Below are positions 1 through 19,709 of a DNA stretch of 64,000 nucleotides, piece by piece. Made by a program: the position numbers and the translations under genes. Origin of the DNA: the human T2T-CHM13v2.0 reference genome, Homo sapiens; assembly GCF_009914755.1 (NCBI RefSeq), contig NC_060947.1; one strand, written 5' to 3'. Below the pieces are notes generated by a model, which had not been told where the DNA came from, ran no database searches, and saw nothing but the letters and a program-made list of their open reading frames with translations. How positions within the stretch are numbered: position 1 is the stretch's first letter; each line of letters begins with the position of its first letter.

Positions 1-6441
<6,441 letters not shown>

Positions 6442-6606
6442 AAAAAAAAAAAAAAACTAATTATGGATTTTTTTTGTATCATCCAACAAAATGTTTAACT
6501 TTTATTTTAATTGCAGGGGTGCAGGTGCAGGTTTGTCATATAGGTAAATTGTGTGTTACAGGGCTTTTGTGTAAAACTTATTTTGTAGCCCAGATAATAA
6601 ACATAG

Positions 6607-7218
6607 TGATTGGCTCTGATGACTGGAGGAACACCAGGGTCCTTGGTCTCATGCTGATAGGATTAACAACACGGACACGCGTGGAGTGGTTTTAAGGAGC
6701 AACAAGTTTAATAGGCAAGAAGGATGGAAGAAAGAAGAGAACAGCTCCCTGTACAGAGACAAGGGAGGGGGGCTTGGAACAAAAAGAAACCCCATGTGCG
6801 GCAGAAAGGCAGTCCATTATATCTGGAGGCTGGAGGAGGTGGTGTCTTGTTTGCATAGGGCCCAAGGGATTGGTTTGACCAGGTGTGTCATTCACGTAGC
6901 CCGTGAAAAACCCGGCCCACCCAACTTAGTCCTTTAATATGCAAATGTGGGTGGCCATGATGCTTTGAACACATGGTGTTATCTGGAGGTGGCCATCACA
7001 CTTGGCACAGGTGGTGACAAGAAAAAGGCAGGAATCACCATATTGGGTGAACCCAGTTTCTAATGGCAGGCATTTGCATATCAAAGCTTGCCGGCCTGGC
7101 CCTTCAAGCCACCTATTCTGTTAGAAAAGAGATGGTTCGGGGGTTGTTTCTTATTACAGGAAAATTTCCACTGAGAACCTATCCTACCTAAAATAATTTC
7201 TCAATAACTCCTGTATTA
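6607..7218 (-). repeat. 3' LTR of the provirus
   Basis: About 90% identical by eye to 10538-11159; adjacent PPT (tgaggggggag on minus); ATTAAA polyA signal on minus at ~6707-6712. Confidence 0.92.
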
Positions 7219-8409
7219 CTCCCCCCTCAAAGAGAAGTAAACCTAACTGCTGTTAGGAGGTGTTGGGTGATGATTCTTTCTGGCTACTTCCTGCCTAAAA
7301 GGAGCCCGTGTGTGGCTCTGCTCGCAGCGCCATTTGGAGTTTTATTGCTTCCAGGTGAAAAGAGATAAATTTTTACAAGAAGTTTTAAAATATAGGGTTA
7401 GAATATGAGTATTAACGTTACCACCATTAGTGGGGGTCCTATAGAACCTAACTGACAGAGTTTGACACTTGTTAGATACACCAATGGATTGCAATACCGA
7501 TTTGCCTCCACTAGATGTCAATGTACATTACCAGAAATGTTAATATAAAAGCTACTTTTTCCTAGAGAAAAGCATACATTTCCCCCTTGATTTGCCATTA
7601 GAGAATAACTTTAGTCTTAGGCCATCTTTTTAACTTGCAATATGATAGGGAGAAATACGTTATTGGCTGGCTAAAATAATTTTAGCGTTAATTTTGACAG
7701 TTCCTTTCCTTTAATTATTAGAGTTTTTCATGACTTTCACAGACCCTCTCACAACATCCTTAAACTTTCTCACTTGTCCTAAACGTCTTTCCCTTAAACA
7801 ACCAGTCATTTCCTTTTAGGACAAGTATTTACCATACAAAATCCTTTCTTATATAAAATTTCTTTCTTTATAACCTTCTTTTCATAGCTTAGAGTGCCTT
7901 ATATTACCAACCTTTAGTAAAAAGTCCTATTAAACGTAATGATAGTAAAACTTTTATGCTTGCAATTATACAGCAATTATAATTTTACAAACAGAATTCC
8001 ACATTGTGGGTGCTGCCACAGTGCATAGTTCTATTGCAAATAGTAGCATGACCTATAACAATTTTCACAAGAGTGGCATGGTAAATAATTGTCATTTAAA
8101 ACTTTACTTGCCCAGATATAACATTTCCCTTTGGAGATTTACAAAGTTACAAATGCGATTCTAGGAATAATTAAATCTCCCTGCAAATATGCATTAAGAA
8201 GAAGTTCTAATATTTGGTGGCAAATTTTGAGAGGAAAGGACAGAAATGACAAAAAGTATCTATTGAGGTAAAGGTGGGACTCAGTAAGATGAGTAGCCCT
8301 CACTCAGTTTCTTATCTTTTATGATTTTTAGGTTAAGATCTTCTATTTCTCCACACTGATATTCAGGACGTTCCTCTGGGCTGTCAAGGGTTGCTCCCTC
8401 AGCTCTTCA

Positions 8410-9640
8410 GGCTTTGAATTGAGTGTGATGTATCCAGGAGTTGATTCCTGTAACGTTTACTGCCAAGAAGGTTGAAAGAAGAACAGTTGGAGGTCCCTTC
8501 CCAGGTTGGCTTATGGAAGGAGAGAGATGAGAATTTTCACTAATACCAAATTTCCTGGGTTAAAGAAAGGTGGTTTTATTTCCTGGGGTTGGTCTTCTGC
8601 TAGTTGTGTTCATTCTTGTTGGAAGTGAGCTAGAGAGGTTACATGCTTAACCAATGTGGAGGTTTTCTGCCTGAAAACAATCTCTGAGCACATTGATAAG
8701 TTTTATCCTTTCTCCAGTGAAAAGCTTGGGGAAGGATTTTAAGGACCTTCATTGGCTGGAGGCTGGCAAATAGAGTTTGCCATCCTGAGGGCTAAAAAGT
8801 ATGCCCTTGAGAAGTGGCCTATTCTATTTCTGCAGGGGAATACTGAGGTTTAATTTCTTTTATGGAGACCTCCTAGATTAGAAGGGCTTGAAGTGTGTTA
8901 GTGCCTTGAGGCTTCCTTGCCTTTGACTTAGATGCCTGATCAGCTCATCTATTTTCCTTGGCTACCTCATCTGTTCCCTTTCAATGTTCCCTGCAATACA
9001 TCCCTGCTATTTCTCATGGAAGAAAAACTGAGGATAATAACCTGCTAGTTTCCTGGTAATATTTTATAGGAGATCCATTAGTGGTAAGAAAATTCCTTTC
9101 CTTTTCAATGGCAGCATGAGCATGGAAAATCAGGAAGGCATACTTGGAGTCAGTATAAATGTTAGTTACCTTTCCCTTGCTTAATTTAAGTGCTTTTGTA
9201 AGAGCTATTAGCTCAGCTAATAGAGCGCTTATGTTTGGGGACAGTGACTACTGCTTATCCTGCCTTACGTACTTCTTGCTTTACCAGCTGTTTGCTAGCT
9301 AAAAGCTCCCCCCAGAGAACTGTGATCCTGCCACATTATATGGGGTGTAAACAGTTCAATTATGTCCTGGGGTTAACTTGGAGGCTTTTCTGACTAATAA
9401 AGCTATCACGACAATGGCTTGGAAGCATGTATAAATAGGTCCTTCTAACTACAACCAAGGTGGAGAGAAATATTGGATTAGGGTTTTTCCTGAGATGCCA
9501 ATTACGGTCAGGCTATAGGAAGAGGAGAGACCTGAATTAGAGAGAAAAAAAAGAGAGAGACTGGCTCTAGTGTTTAGAAAGAGGTCCGCTTTCCTTTCTT
9601 CAATTTCCAGAATCACCTGGGACTCCTGTGCTATGATGGC
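8410..9640 (-). pseudogene. pol: ERV pro/pol remnants: protease, RNase H, integrase C-terminus; RT core essentially deleted
   Basis: LEIEERKADLFLNTRAS (degenerate LLDTGA); AELIALTKALKLSKGKVTNIYTDSKYAF (RNase H, ~9130-9230); VTGINSWIHHT (integrase C-terminus, ~8420-8460). Multiple stops. Confidence 0.85.
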
Positions 9641-9853
9641 AGTTTGAGTTGCTGGAGCCGAGTTTTGAGCCACGGGATACATCGGTCCTGCTGTACCATC
9701 TGTGAGATTGGTCCTGAACCCAGTGACCTCCGCCTCTGGGGGCAGTTCTGTCTCCAGTGGTTTTCGCCACAGGCTGGACGGGGTCAAGGTGGCTTCATCT
9801 TGCTGCCTGGGAATTCCTTTTTAAAATGCCCTGGTCAGCCACACGAATAGCAA

Positions 9854-10282
9854 CTAGCGGATGCACCTTGGGGATCCTGGACTTTGCAAGCCTGCAAAGC
9901 TTCTGCTAGAGCCTTTGTCCTTCTCATGAGCTTTCTCTTTCTTTTGGGCCTCCTCCCGGTCCCTATTATAAGAGACCGAAGTGGCCACCTTCAGGAGGTT
10001 CTCTAAAGTGCTGTTCGGTCCTACAGCTTGCTTCTGTAGTTTTCTTCTAATATTGGGAGTTGCCTGTGTAATAAACTTGTCCTTCAGGATAAGCTGTCCC
10101 TTAACTGGATCAGGGGATAAAGAGGTGTGTTCTATTAGTGCCTCTCTCAGCCTTTCCATAAAGGCTACAGGATTCGCACTTGGCTTTTGATCTATTATAG
10201 ACAGTTTAGAGTAATTGAGAGGTTTGACCCTGGTTTTCCGTAGGGCTTCTAAACTGCATATTAAAAACACTTCCTTTTCCAT
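9854..10282 (-). pseudogene. gag: ERV gag fragment (capsid C-terminal/MHR region), HERV-W/9-like
   Basis: QKPSANPVAFMERLREAL (major homology region) and ILKDKFITQATPNIRRKLQK. A degenerate zinc knuckle CYSCG*PGHFKKEF follows at ~9810-9852. N-terminal gag is deleted. Confidence 0.9.
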
Positions 10283-10516
10283 TCATTCTCTGAGCTATTT
10301 CCCCAGTACTATAGCATTTCCTGATCTTGCCTAACGGGATTACTTCCCTAGGCTGTAAAAATTCCCACACACTCAACACACAGGGAGTAAGAGACTGCAG
10401 ATAGAGAAAGAAGGAAAGAAAGAAAGTTTTGCGACAGGATAGCTGGAAGACAGCCTTGAGATTAAAACAGATTTGAGGTTGAGATTCGCTCCATACTCAC
10501 CACTCTGAAGAATGAA

Positions 10517-10534
10517 TTCCAGGCCCATGCACCA
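10517..10534 (-). promoter_or_regulatory. Retroviral primer-binding site complementary to tRNA-Gly(GCC)
   Basis: + strand TTCCAGGCCCATGCACCA vs recalled human tRNA-Gly-GCC 3' end TTCCCGGCCCATGCACCA (17/18), immediately internal to the 5' LTR. Confidence 0.8.
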
Positions 10535-10537
10535 AAA

Positions 10538-11159
10538 TAATGACTCTGATGACTGAAGGAACAGCAGGGTCCTTGGCCTCGCGCAGATAGGAGTAACAAC
10601 ATGGACACACGTGGAGTGGTTTTAAGGAGCGAAAAGTTTAATAGGCAAGAAAGAAGGAAGAAAGAAGAGAACAGCTCTCCCACACAGAGACAAGAGCGGG
10701 GGACTTGGAACAAAGAGAAACCCCGTGTGTGGCAGAAAGGCAGTCCATTATATCAGGAGGCTGGGGGAGGGGGTGTCTTGTTTGCATAGGGCCCAGAGGA
10801 TTGGTTTGACCAGGTGTGTCATTCACATAGCTTGCCAAAAACCTGGCCCTCCCAACTTAGTCCTTTAATATGCAAATGTGGGTCATCAGGATGTTTTGAA
10901 CACATGGTGTTATCTGGAGGTGGCCATCACACTTGGCACAGGTGGTGACAAGAAGAGGGCAGGAATCACCATATTGGGTGAACCCAGTTTCGAATGGCCT
11001 GCATTTGCATATCAAAGCTTGACAGCCCAGCCCTTCAAGCCACCTTTTCTGTTAGAAAAGAAATGGTTCGGGGGTTGTTTCTTATTACAGGAAAATTTCC
11101 ACTGAGAACATTTACCCTTACTATCTGCCTAAAATCATTTCTTATTAACTCTTGTATTA
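10538..11159 (-). repeat. 5' LTR of the provirus
   Basis: Homologous to 6607-7218, followed on the minus strand by the PBS and a GGTGAGT splice donor at ~10495-10501. Confidence 0.92.
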
Positions 11160-14054
11160 ATCTTACCCAATAGGTAGTTTTTTGATCCTCACCCTCCTCC
11201 CACCCTCCATCCTCAAGTAGGCCCTGGGGTCTATTGTTTCCTTCTTTGTGTCCTTGTGTATTCAATGTTTAGCCCCCACTTACAAGTGAGAACAAGCTTA
11301 GTATTTGGTTTTCTGTTCCTGCATTAGTTCCCATAGGATAATGGCCTCCAGCTTCATCCATGTTGCTGCAAAGGACATGATTGCATTCTTTATTATGGCT
11401 GAATAGTATTCCATGTTGTATATGTACTTCGTTTTCTTTATCCAGCTCATGATTAATGGACATCTAGATTGATTCCATGTCATTCCCTGAGCTGTTGTGA
11501 GTAGTGTTGCAATAAACATGTATGCATGCATCTTTATGGTAGATGGATTTATAATCCTTTAGGTATATACTCAATATTGGGATTGCTGGGTCAAACTGTA
11601 GTTCTGTTTTAAGTTATTTGAGAAATTTCTGAACTGTTTTTCACAGTGACTGAACTAAGTTTTATTCTCACCAGCAGTGTATAAGCATTTCCTTTTCTTC
11701 ACAACCTCACCAACATCTGTTATTTTTTGACTTTTTAATAACAGTAATTCTGACAGGTGTCAGATGGTATCTCATTGTGGTTTTGATTTGCATTTCTCTG
11801 TTTAGTGATGTTGAGCATTTTTTCATATAATTGTTGGTCACGTGTATGTTGTCTTTTGAAAAGTGTCTGTTCATGTCTTTGCCTACTTTTTAATAAGGTT
11901 GTTTCTCCCTTGATAATGTTTTTAAGTGTCCTTGATAGTGTTCATTTGAGATTCTTCTAACTTTTTGATGTGAGTGTTTAGCAGTATAAACTTTCCTCTT
12001 ACCACCGCTCTAGCTGTGTCCCAGAGATTGTGGTATGTTGTATTTTTGCTCTCATTTGTTTCAAAGAATTGCTTGATTTCTGCCTTAATTTTATTGTTTA
12101 CTCAAAAGTCATTGAGAGAAAAGGTTGCTTAATTTCCATGTAATTGTATGGTTTTGAGAAACATTCTTAGTATTCATTTCTATTTTTATTGCACTGTGGT
12201 CTGAGAGTATGTTTGATATGATTTTGGTTTTGAAAACATTTCCTGAAAATTGTTTTATGGCTGATTGTGTGGTCAATTTTAGAGTGTGTGCCACGTGGAA
12301 ATGAGAAGAATGTATATTCTGTTGTTTTTGAGTGGAGAGTTCTGTAGATGTCTCTTAGGTATATTTGGTCAAGTGTGGAGTTCAAGTCCCGAATATCTTT
12401 GTCAGTTTTCTGCCTCAATGATCTCTCTAATACTCTGTGTGGTGTTTCAGTTCTCCACCATTATTCTGTGGTTATCTAAGTATCTTTGTAGGTCTCTAGG
12501 AACTTCTTTTATGAATATCGGTGCTCTTGTGTTGGCTGCATATATATTTAGCATGGTGAAGTCTTCTTGTTGAATTGAATCTTTTAACAAAATGTAATGC
12601 CCTTCTTTGTCTTTTTGGATTTTTGTTGCTTTAAACTCTGTTTCATCTGAAAGTAGAATAGCAATTCCTCCTTTTTTGTGTTTTCCATTTGCTTGGTAGA
12701 TTTGGCATGCTCTAACTCTGGGAGGCTGGTTCTAGACCCCCAACTTGGATTCCTTGCCTCTTGAGGTTCGAAACCTGTTTTTGTTGGAGAGGCCAAAGTG
12801 ATCTGCTCTGTAGACCACAACACTTTGATGGGGATGTGCTGGCCAAAGTGTTTCACACAGGCAGTGCCAGCCAGATCTGTGCTCACTTACATGTGCCAGC
12901 AGATGCAGTGGCACAGAGGGGTGCCCGCATGGGGGTGGGGTATGGGCAGCATGGCAGACATGGCATGGCAGGGACAGGGCACCAGTATGGGTGTGGTCCT
13001 GGCACCTGTGCATGCATTAGCACTGCAGCAGTGGAAGTGGTGCAGTGGGCTGCCTGTGCCTCAGTGGGACTGGGGAGCTGGTAGTGTTGGTGAGAGTGGC
13101 AGGGTGTGCGCATGCCAACACGGTGGGAGGCTGGATTGGGGGAGGAGTGGAAAGGGCCATCCACTTTTTCCCCTTTCAGTCCAGGATCTGTGCCCTCCCT
13201 TCATCCACTCTCAGTGCCTTCCCTCTGAAGATCTGCTCAGAGTGTGCCAGTCTTCCCAATGTTCCTGTCTCTCAGTGGGATTTGTTCCTTCCGGCTGCAT
13301 CTAGTTGGCTATCTTGGCTCCCTCTCTTCTTCAAAATTTTCAAAGAGCATGTATTTTCTGAGCAGAATATAATAAACATTTTAATGAAAGTAAATTTCAC
13401 GTAACGAACAAGAATATACGACTTATATATTGTGTTTATACTGTATAATTTATGAGTTTATCATTATTATATTGGTACCTGAAAATGTTTTTCACTATAA
13501 AGGATAACTGATGCATTTCTAGAATCATTTATCATCATAATGTTGGTGCTGGAAATCATTGGTTTCCTTTCCCTTTACTAAGGAATGGTTGACCTATTTC
13601 TGAAATAGTTAGGGAAGACAACTATGGCTTTGCTAAAAGTGATTAGGTTTTAAATGAGGAAAATATTTAGACTGTACTCACACTGTGGCCCGGGAGCAAA
13701 GTGGTTTCTCTCCCCTCTGAACTCTTGGAAGGCTTATTGTGCATATTACTCATTGAGCACATGTCCTTTACTCCAGTACTTACAATAAGGTGGTTTCACG
13801 GTTCCATTTCTTAAAAATCATCATATTGTGTATAACGGCTAGTGCAAAATAGTCACTTAAATTAATATGTGATGTCTAATGAAAAAAGTCGGGTAGCCTG
13901 TTTTATGCTGTTACTGGACTGGTTATTTGACACAGTGAACTTGCTCTTTCACCATCATCGAGGCTTAGATAATAATGAATAATATTAGGAAATCAAGACA
14001 CAGAAAGGTTATTTGTACCTTGGGCAAAATCACATAGCTCAAAATTGAGAGGGT

Positions 14055-15212
14055 TATCTCTTACTCCATTTTGTGCTGCTATAATAGAATACGTGAGACT
14101 GGGTTATTCGTTTATCTTATTTTATTTTTAAAACTTTTAATGTTAGGTCTAGGGGTATATGTGGAGGTTTGTTATTTGGTAAATTAATGTCGCAGGGATT
14201 TATTGTACAGATTATTTCATCACTCAGGCACTAAGCCTAGTATGCAATAGTTATTTTTTTCTGCTCATCTCCGTCCTCTCACCCTCCACCCTCATAGGCC
14301 CCAGTGTCTCTTGTTCCCATCTTTGTGGCCATATGGTCTTACCATTTAGCTTCCACTTATAAGTGAGAATATACAGTATTTGGTTTTCTGTTCCTGCATT
14401 AGTTTACTGAGGATTATGGCCTCCAGCTCCATCCATGTTCCTGCAAAGGACATGATCTTGTTTTTTCATGGCTGCACAGTATTGCGTGGAGTATATGTAC
14501 CACATTTTCTTCATCCAGTCTACTGTTGATGGGCATTTAGGTGGATTCCATGTCTTTGCTATTGTGAAAAGCACTGTGATGAACATACAAGTGAAGTGCA
14601 TATGTCTTTTTGGTAGACTGATTTATTTTCCTCCGGGTATGTGCCCAGTAATGGGATTGCTGGGTCAAACTGTAGTTCTGTTTTCAGCTCTTTGAGGAAT
14701 TGCCACACTGCTTTCTACAATGGTTTAAATAATTTACTCTGTCATCAACAGCGTATAAGTGTCCCCTTTCCTCTGCAACCTCATCAGCATCTGTTATTTT
14801 TTGACTTTTTAATAATAGCCATTCTGACTGGTGTGAGATGGCGTCTCATTATGGTTTTGATTTGCATTAATGCTTGTTGGCTGTATGTATGTCTTCTTTC
14901 GAAAAGTGAGACTGGGTAATTTATAATGAACAGAAATCTATTAGCTCAAAGTTCTAGAGAACTGGAAGTTCAAGGTCAAGGTACAGCATCTGGCAAGGAC
15001 CTTCTTTCTGGGTCATTACATGGTGGAAGGTGGAAAGACAAGTGCATAAAAGAGGAAGCCAAACTTGCCCATTTATAATAACATTAATATCACCCATAAG
15101 GGCACAGTCCCTATGGCCTAATGACCTTTCCAATGTCCCAACTCTTAACACTGTTACAATGTCAGTTAACGTTCAACTTGAGTTTTGGAGGCAATGAACA
15201 TTCAAACCACAG
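14055..15212 (-). mobile_element. MLT1A/MSTD-type MaLR solo LTR, interrupted by an L1 and itself lying within a MIR
   Basis: Characteristic ends (tccattttgtgctgctataa...ttcaaaccacagc). MIR halves at ~13985-14050 and ~15215-15270. Confidence 0.8.
14109..14905 (-). mobile_element. 5'-truncated L1 3' end (old L1PA/L1PB)
   Basis: ORF2 C-terminus (MFITVLFTIAKTWNPPKCPS). 16-bp TSD gtgagactgggt(t/a)att at 14093-14108 and 14906-14921. Confidence 0.92.
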
Positions 15213-15616
15213 CTGTTGGGATGTAAACTCGGATTATCTGGCTGTAGAACTTGGGGTCTTTACCACTCATCTCTAGGTTAAGCTGCCTGACATATTAAGC
15301 TGGAAAAACAGAAAACATTAGCCCAAATGTATTCAGACAGTGTATTACTTACATAGACAGCAAAAGCATGATCAGTATATTGTCAGCTCCCCATATTGCT
15401 TGTCCCACAGGAGGACACCAAAACAAAAGTGGCCAGATCACAGGTAATATGAGTGGTGGGGTACTCTGTTGATGAGTAGCCAATTGCACATAATAGCTAA
15501 GCGGTGTTATAGCTTACTACTCTCCTTTAAGGGAGCGGACACAGAGCAGTCCTCTATGCTCTGTCTAGATAAAATCTGTTGAGTGGGCCAATGAGGCACC
15601 TCATTTGAGCAAGTGA

Positions 15617-16045
<429 letters not shown>

Positions 16046-18269
16046 TAATATTTTTAGTAAGGATTACAGTAGATGTTGAATCCAAATCGGAGAAAAGGTT
16101 TGATTGGCTATTATTATACAATTATATTATCTGCCTTTGAAAGTTTAGAAAGATATATTGTGGCAGTCAGCTTCTATGAAGTCATCAAAAAGACTAATGC
16201 TCCTGTCATTGCTGTGCAATTCTATTTTCAAGACAATTTTTTTTCAGTTAGCCTACTTGCTTAGTTTGCCTAAAATAAACTTGTACAATTGTCTTCACAA
16301 AACCATAGAAATGACTCTATAGCTATTATAATATCTTAGTATGTAATAGTTTAATATAAATTTGAGAAGGAAAATATGAAAAATCATGTTTATAAATAGT
16401 GGAAGATGGCTGTAATGTGGAAGTTCTCCCAGATTACATTTCTTTTTCTTACAAATATGAATACATCACGGATGAAGAGCTAACATGAGTTAATATCCAT
16501 ACATTTTAATAACAAAAATGGGAATTTTTTGCAATAATGCCTTGTCTAGATTACTGTTTATTTCAGAGAAAACCTTGGCATTAACCAAATTGATGTAGAC
16601 CCCATATAGGCAATACATTTGCTGAACCTTACACACAAACAAACACAAAACACAAACCCAAATTAAGATGACTACTGGACAGGGATTCAGATGACTTCTG
16701 ATTCCAAGACTAACTCACTGATCTGAACCACCATTTCCTTGTCTTTCAACTGTGGGGCTTTGACTGAAAAATCTCTAAGGGATCTTCCAGTTCTGACATA
16801 CTTAATCTAAGATTTTATTAATGTACCATAATGCATTAACATTTTTTTGCTGGTAGTTCTTTACAAAAGTAATATATTCAATACATAGTGTTCTATTGCT
16901 ATCTCAATGAACCATAATTGTTTATTACTCTAGTAAGTATCAAATATTGAGGTTAACTAAACCCACAGGAGAAAATGTATTATTTATGCAATTCACACCT
17001 CTGGACAAATCTCAATCACTGCTTCCTGGAAGGCAGTAATGGTTGTAATAAACCGATAGGACTGTAGTCCAAACATAACAATGGCCTGTTACGGAATTGT
17101 AAAAATACTTGAATTGATGAGTTCGCTATTTGATGTTTCATACTTGCAAATGTTAACTCACATTTTGAAAAACTCACTAGGTTTTTATCTGTGATAAATA
17201 CACAAATTAAAGGCATATTTGCAAAGTGGTAGCTTTTATTTTTAAGAGGGTCTCACCCAAAGCTCTGCCTTGCTTTTCAGTAAATGAGTCTTGCAAGGCC
17301 TACTGGGGTATTAGAAATCCAGCAAATGAATTCACAACCTTGGCTTCCAGAAATGTCCTTGAAAAACTGGAGGTCATGCTCTTTGCTTATTTTTATTTTT
17401 CTTTAGCTGACAAAGCAATTAAGAAGGAATTTCTGGTTTTATACTTCATTGCCTCTGAGCTGGCTTTCATATTTAGTTGTTGTGCTGGATACATTCTTAA
17501 TAATTTAATATTTGAAGCTAAAAAGATGCAGACATTCTGATACGGAAAATCAAAATTGCAATTAAACTACTGTTCAGTCACTCATTAGGAAGATATCTTT
17601 TGAAGTATTAGAGTAAAGAATAAAATTGCCTTAGGGTTATTCTTTCAACAGGTTTGGTTTATTTGACTACAAAGGCATTGTTTTTGAATGTGTAATACAA
17701 GGCAATATTAATCTTGTGACTTAATTTAGTCACAAAGAAAGAAAGCCATATTGGTAAAAGGCCTGTGTAACAAGCAATATCAATGACATTGAGAATCATA
17801 GTCTCACACATAACGTGATTCTAGTGCACTAAGCAGACAATTTACTTTAATTGTTAGTGTAAATACAATCTCCATTAGCATGAATTTTTTCCAAGATCAT
17901 ATATAATAAATTCCTGATAAAATATATTTTAATCTCAGCCTTAGCAAGGCAGAGAAGTGGCTGGTAGAGAAAGCCGTGACTTGGCTTCTATTCTTACCTC
18001 TGCTACAATTTAATAGTTATTACTTTGGGCTAGTTCTTTCCTTGCCATAGTTCTCAGTTTCCTCATTTGTAACATGACTAGATGTCTTTAAACGGAGTCT
18101 CAAAATATGGTCGCACGTCCACTGCTGGGCAATAAGTATTCATCTGATGGGTTATAAATGAATTTTAAACTATAATTCAAGGAATGGATCTTTCCTTGGT
18201 TATTGAAGGCAAATGGTGCAGAATTCCATAGACTATAATTTTATTTATGATTAGAAGAACTTACTTTTT

Positions 18270-18515
18270 AAACACTCATATAGAGTACTATATGCATGGC
18301 ACTGCTCTAAGCAATTTACAAATATGAATTAAACATATTTAACCCTCATAACAACCCTGTGGGTAGAAGATATGTTTATTGTCCCCATTTTATGGATGGA
18401 AAACAGAGGTACAGAGAAGTTAGGTAATCTGCTTCAAGAACACACAGCTAGTAAATGGCAGAGTTGGGATTCAAACCTCAGCAGGCTGGCTCCAGAGTCC
18501 TTGCTCTTAACCACT
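18270..18515 (-). mobile_element. MIR SINE
   Basis: MIR core (ccccattttatggatggaaaacagagg...cacacagctagtaaatggcagagttgggattcaaacc...ctcttaaccacta). Confidence 0.88.
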
Positions 18516-18567
18516 ATCTAATACTACTAACTTTCTAAGAGAGCAATTAAAAATTTCTCAAACTTGA

Positions 18568-18854
18568 GGCCGGGTGTGGTGGCTCACACCTGTAATCCCA
18601 GCACTTTGGGAGGCCAAGGCGGGCGGATCACGAGGTCAGGAGATCGAGACCATCCTGGCTGACACAGTGAAACCCCGTCTCTACTAAAAAAAACACAAAA
18701 AATTAGCTGGGTGTGGTGGTGGGTGCCTGTAGTCCCAGCTACTCAGGAGGCTGAGGCAGGAGAATGGCACGTGAACCCGGGAGGCAGAGCTTGCAGTGAG
18801 CCAAGATCGCGCCACTGCACTCCAGCCTGGGTGACAAAGTAAGACTCTGTCTCA

Positions 18855-18911
<57 letters not shown>
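18568..18911 (+). mobile_element. AluY with A-tail followed by (TA)n
   Basis: Alu consensus with gagcttgcagtgagcc. Exact TSD atttctcaaacttga at 18553-18567 and 18912-18926. Confidence 0.96.
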
Positions 18912-18915
<4 letters not shown>

Positions 18916-19329
18916 CTCAAACTTGATATTCATAAGCTAAGATAAATAAGTTGCTTAAGTCTACTGAACACTGAAATTCAGGATTGTGAGGCTCTCACTT
19001 CCGCATGCTCACACACAGCTGGCTGCTGGAGTTCTCAAATGTCTTCCTATAAACAGCAGTTCATTTTCAATGTTGTCCTGTGTAGGTTGTGGTTTACCAC
19101 GGCTATTTTCGTGCATTTTAACTTTAACTTACTTATGGTGTGTTTTGATGAATATTTTCATCGACAATGTGCTTTCATTCATTATTAGCTTTCATATCAT
19201 CCCTATTTAGACTTACCAACAGTAAGAAAGAGGCCCATTGCTGAGCCATATAGCTCTTGATGACCTCTCTTAGCTATCAAAGATTGTAAAAGCTTTGAGA
19301 TTACATACTTCTTGTAAAGGCTCAGTTTA

Positions 19330-19709
<380 letters not shown>

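Larger units (their letters stand above)
6607..11159 (-). mobile_element. Class I (ERV1) provirus with two LTRs, heavily deleted; MER61/LTR9/LTR25 (HUERS-P3-related) group
   Basis: Direct repeats 6607-7218 and ~10538-11159; PBS at 10517-10534; polypurine tract at 7219-7229; gag, protease, RNase H and integrase remnants between them. Confidence 0.92.
6490..13327 (-). mobile_element. Internally deleted L1PB-like element (5'UTR piece ~12700-13327, ORF2 endonuclease piece ~11930-12700, 3' end ~11160-11930 and 6490-6606), split by an ERV
   Basis: The L1 3'UTR reads continuously across the ERV (cagataataaacatag | tacccaataggtag). ORF2 C-terminal and EN-like peptides in ORFs 11298-11531 and 12167-12418. 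13180-13327 is the reverse complement of the L1 5'UTR at 53885-54030. Confidence 0.85.

Noticed and set aside
7083-7102. p53-like half-site in the LTR (MER61 relatives are known p53 carriers)
   Set aside because: Only one imperfect RRRCWWGYYY half-site is visible.
12732-13404. Several overlapping 93-168 aa ORFs
   Set aside because: They lie in a GC-rich L1 5'UTR remnant and are open on both strands, as expected from composition.
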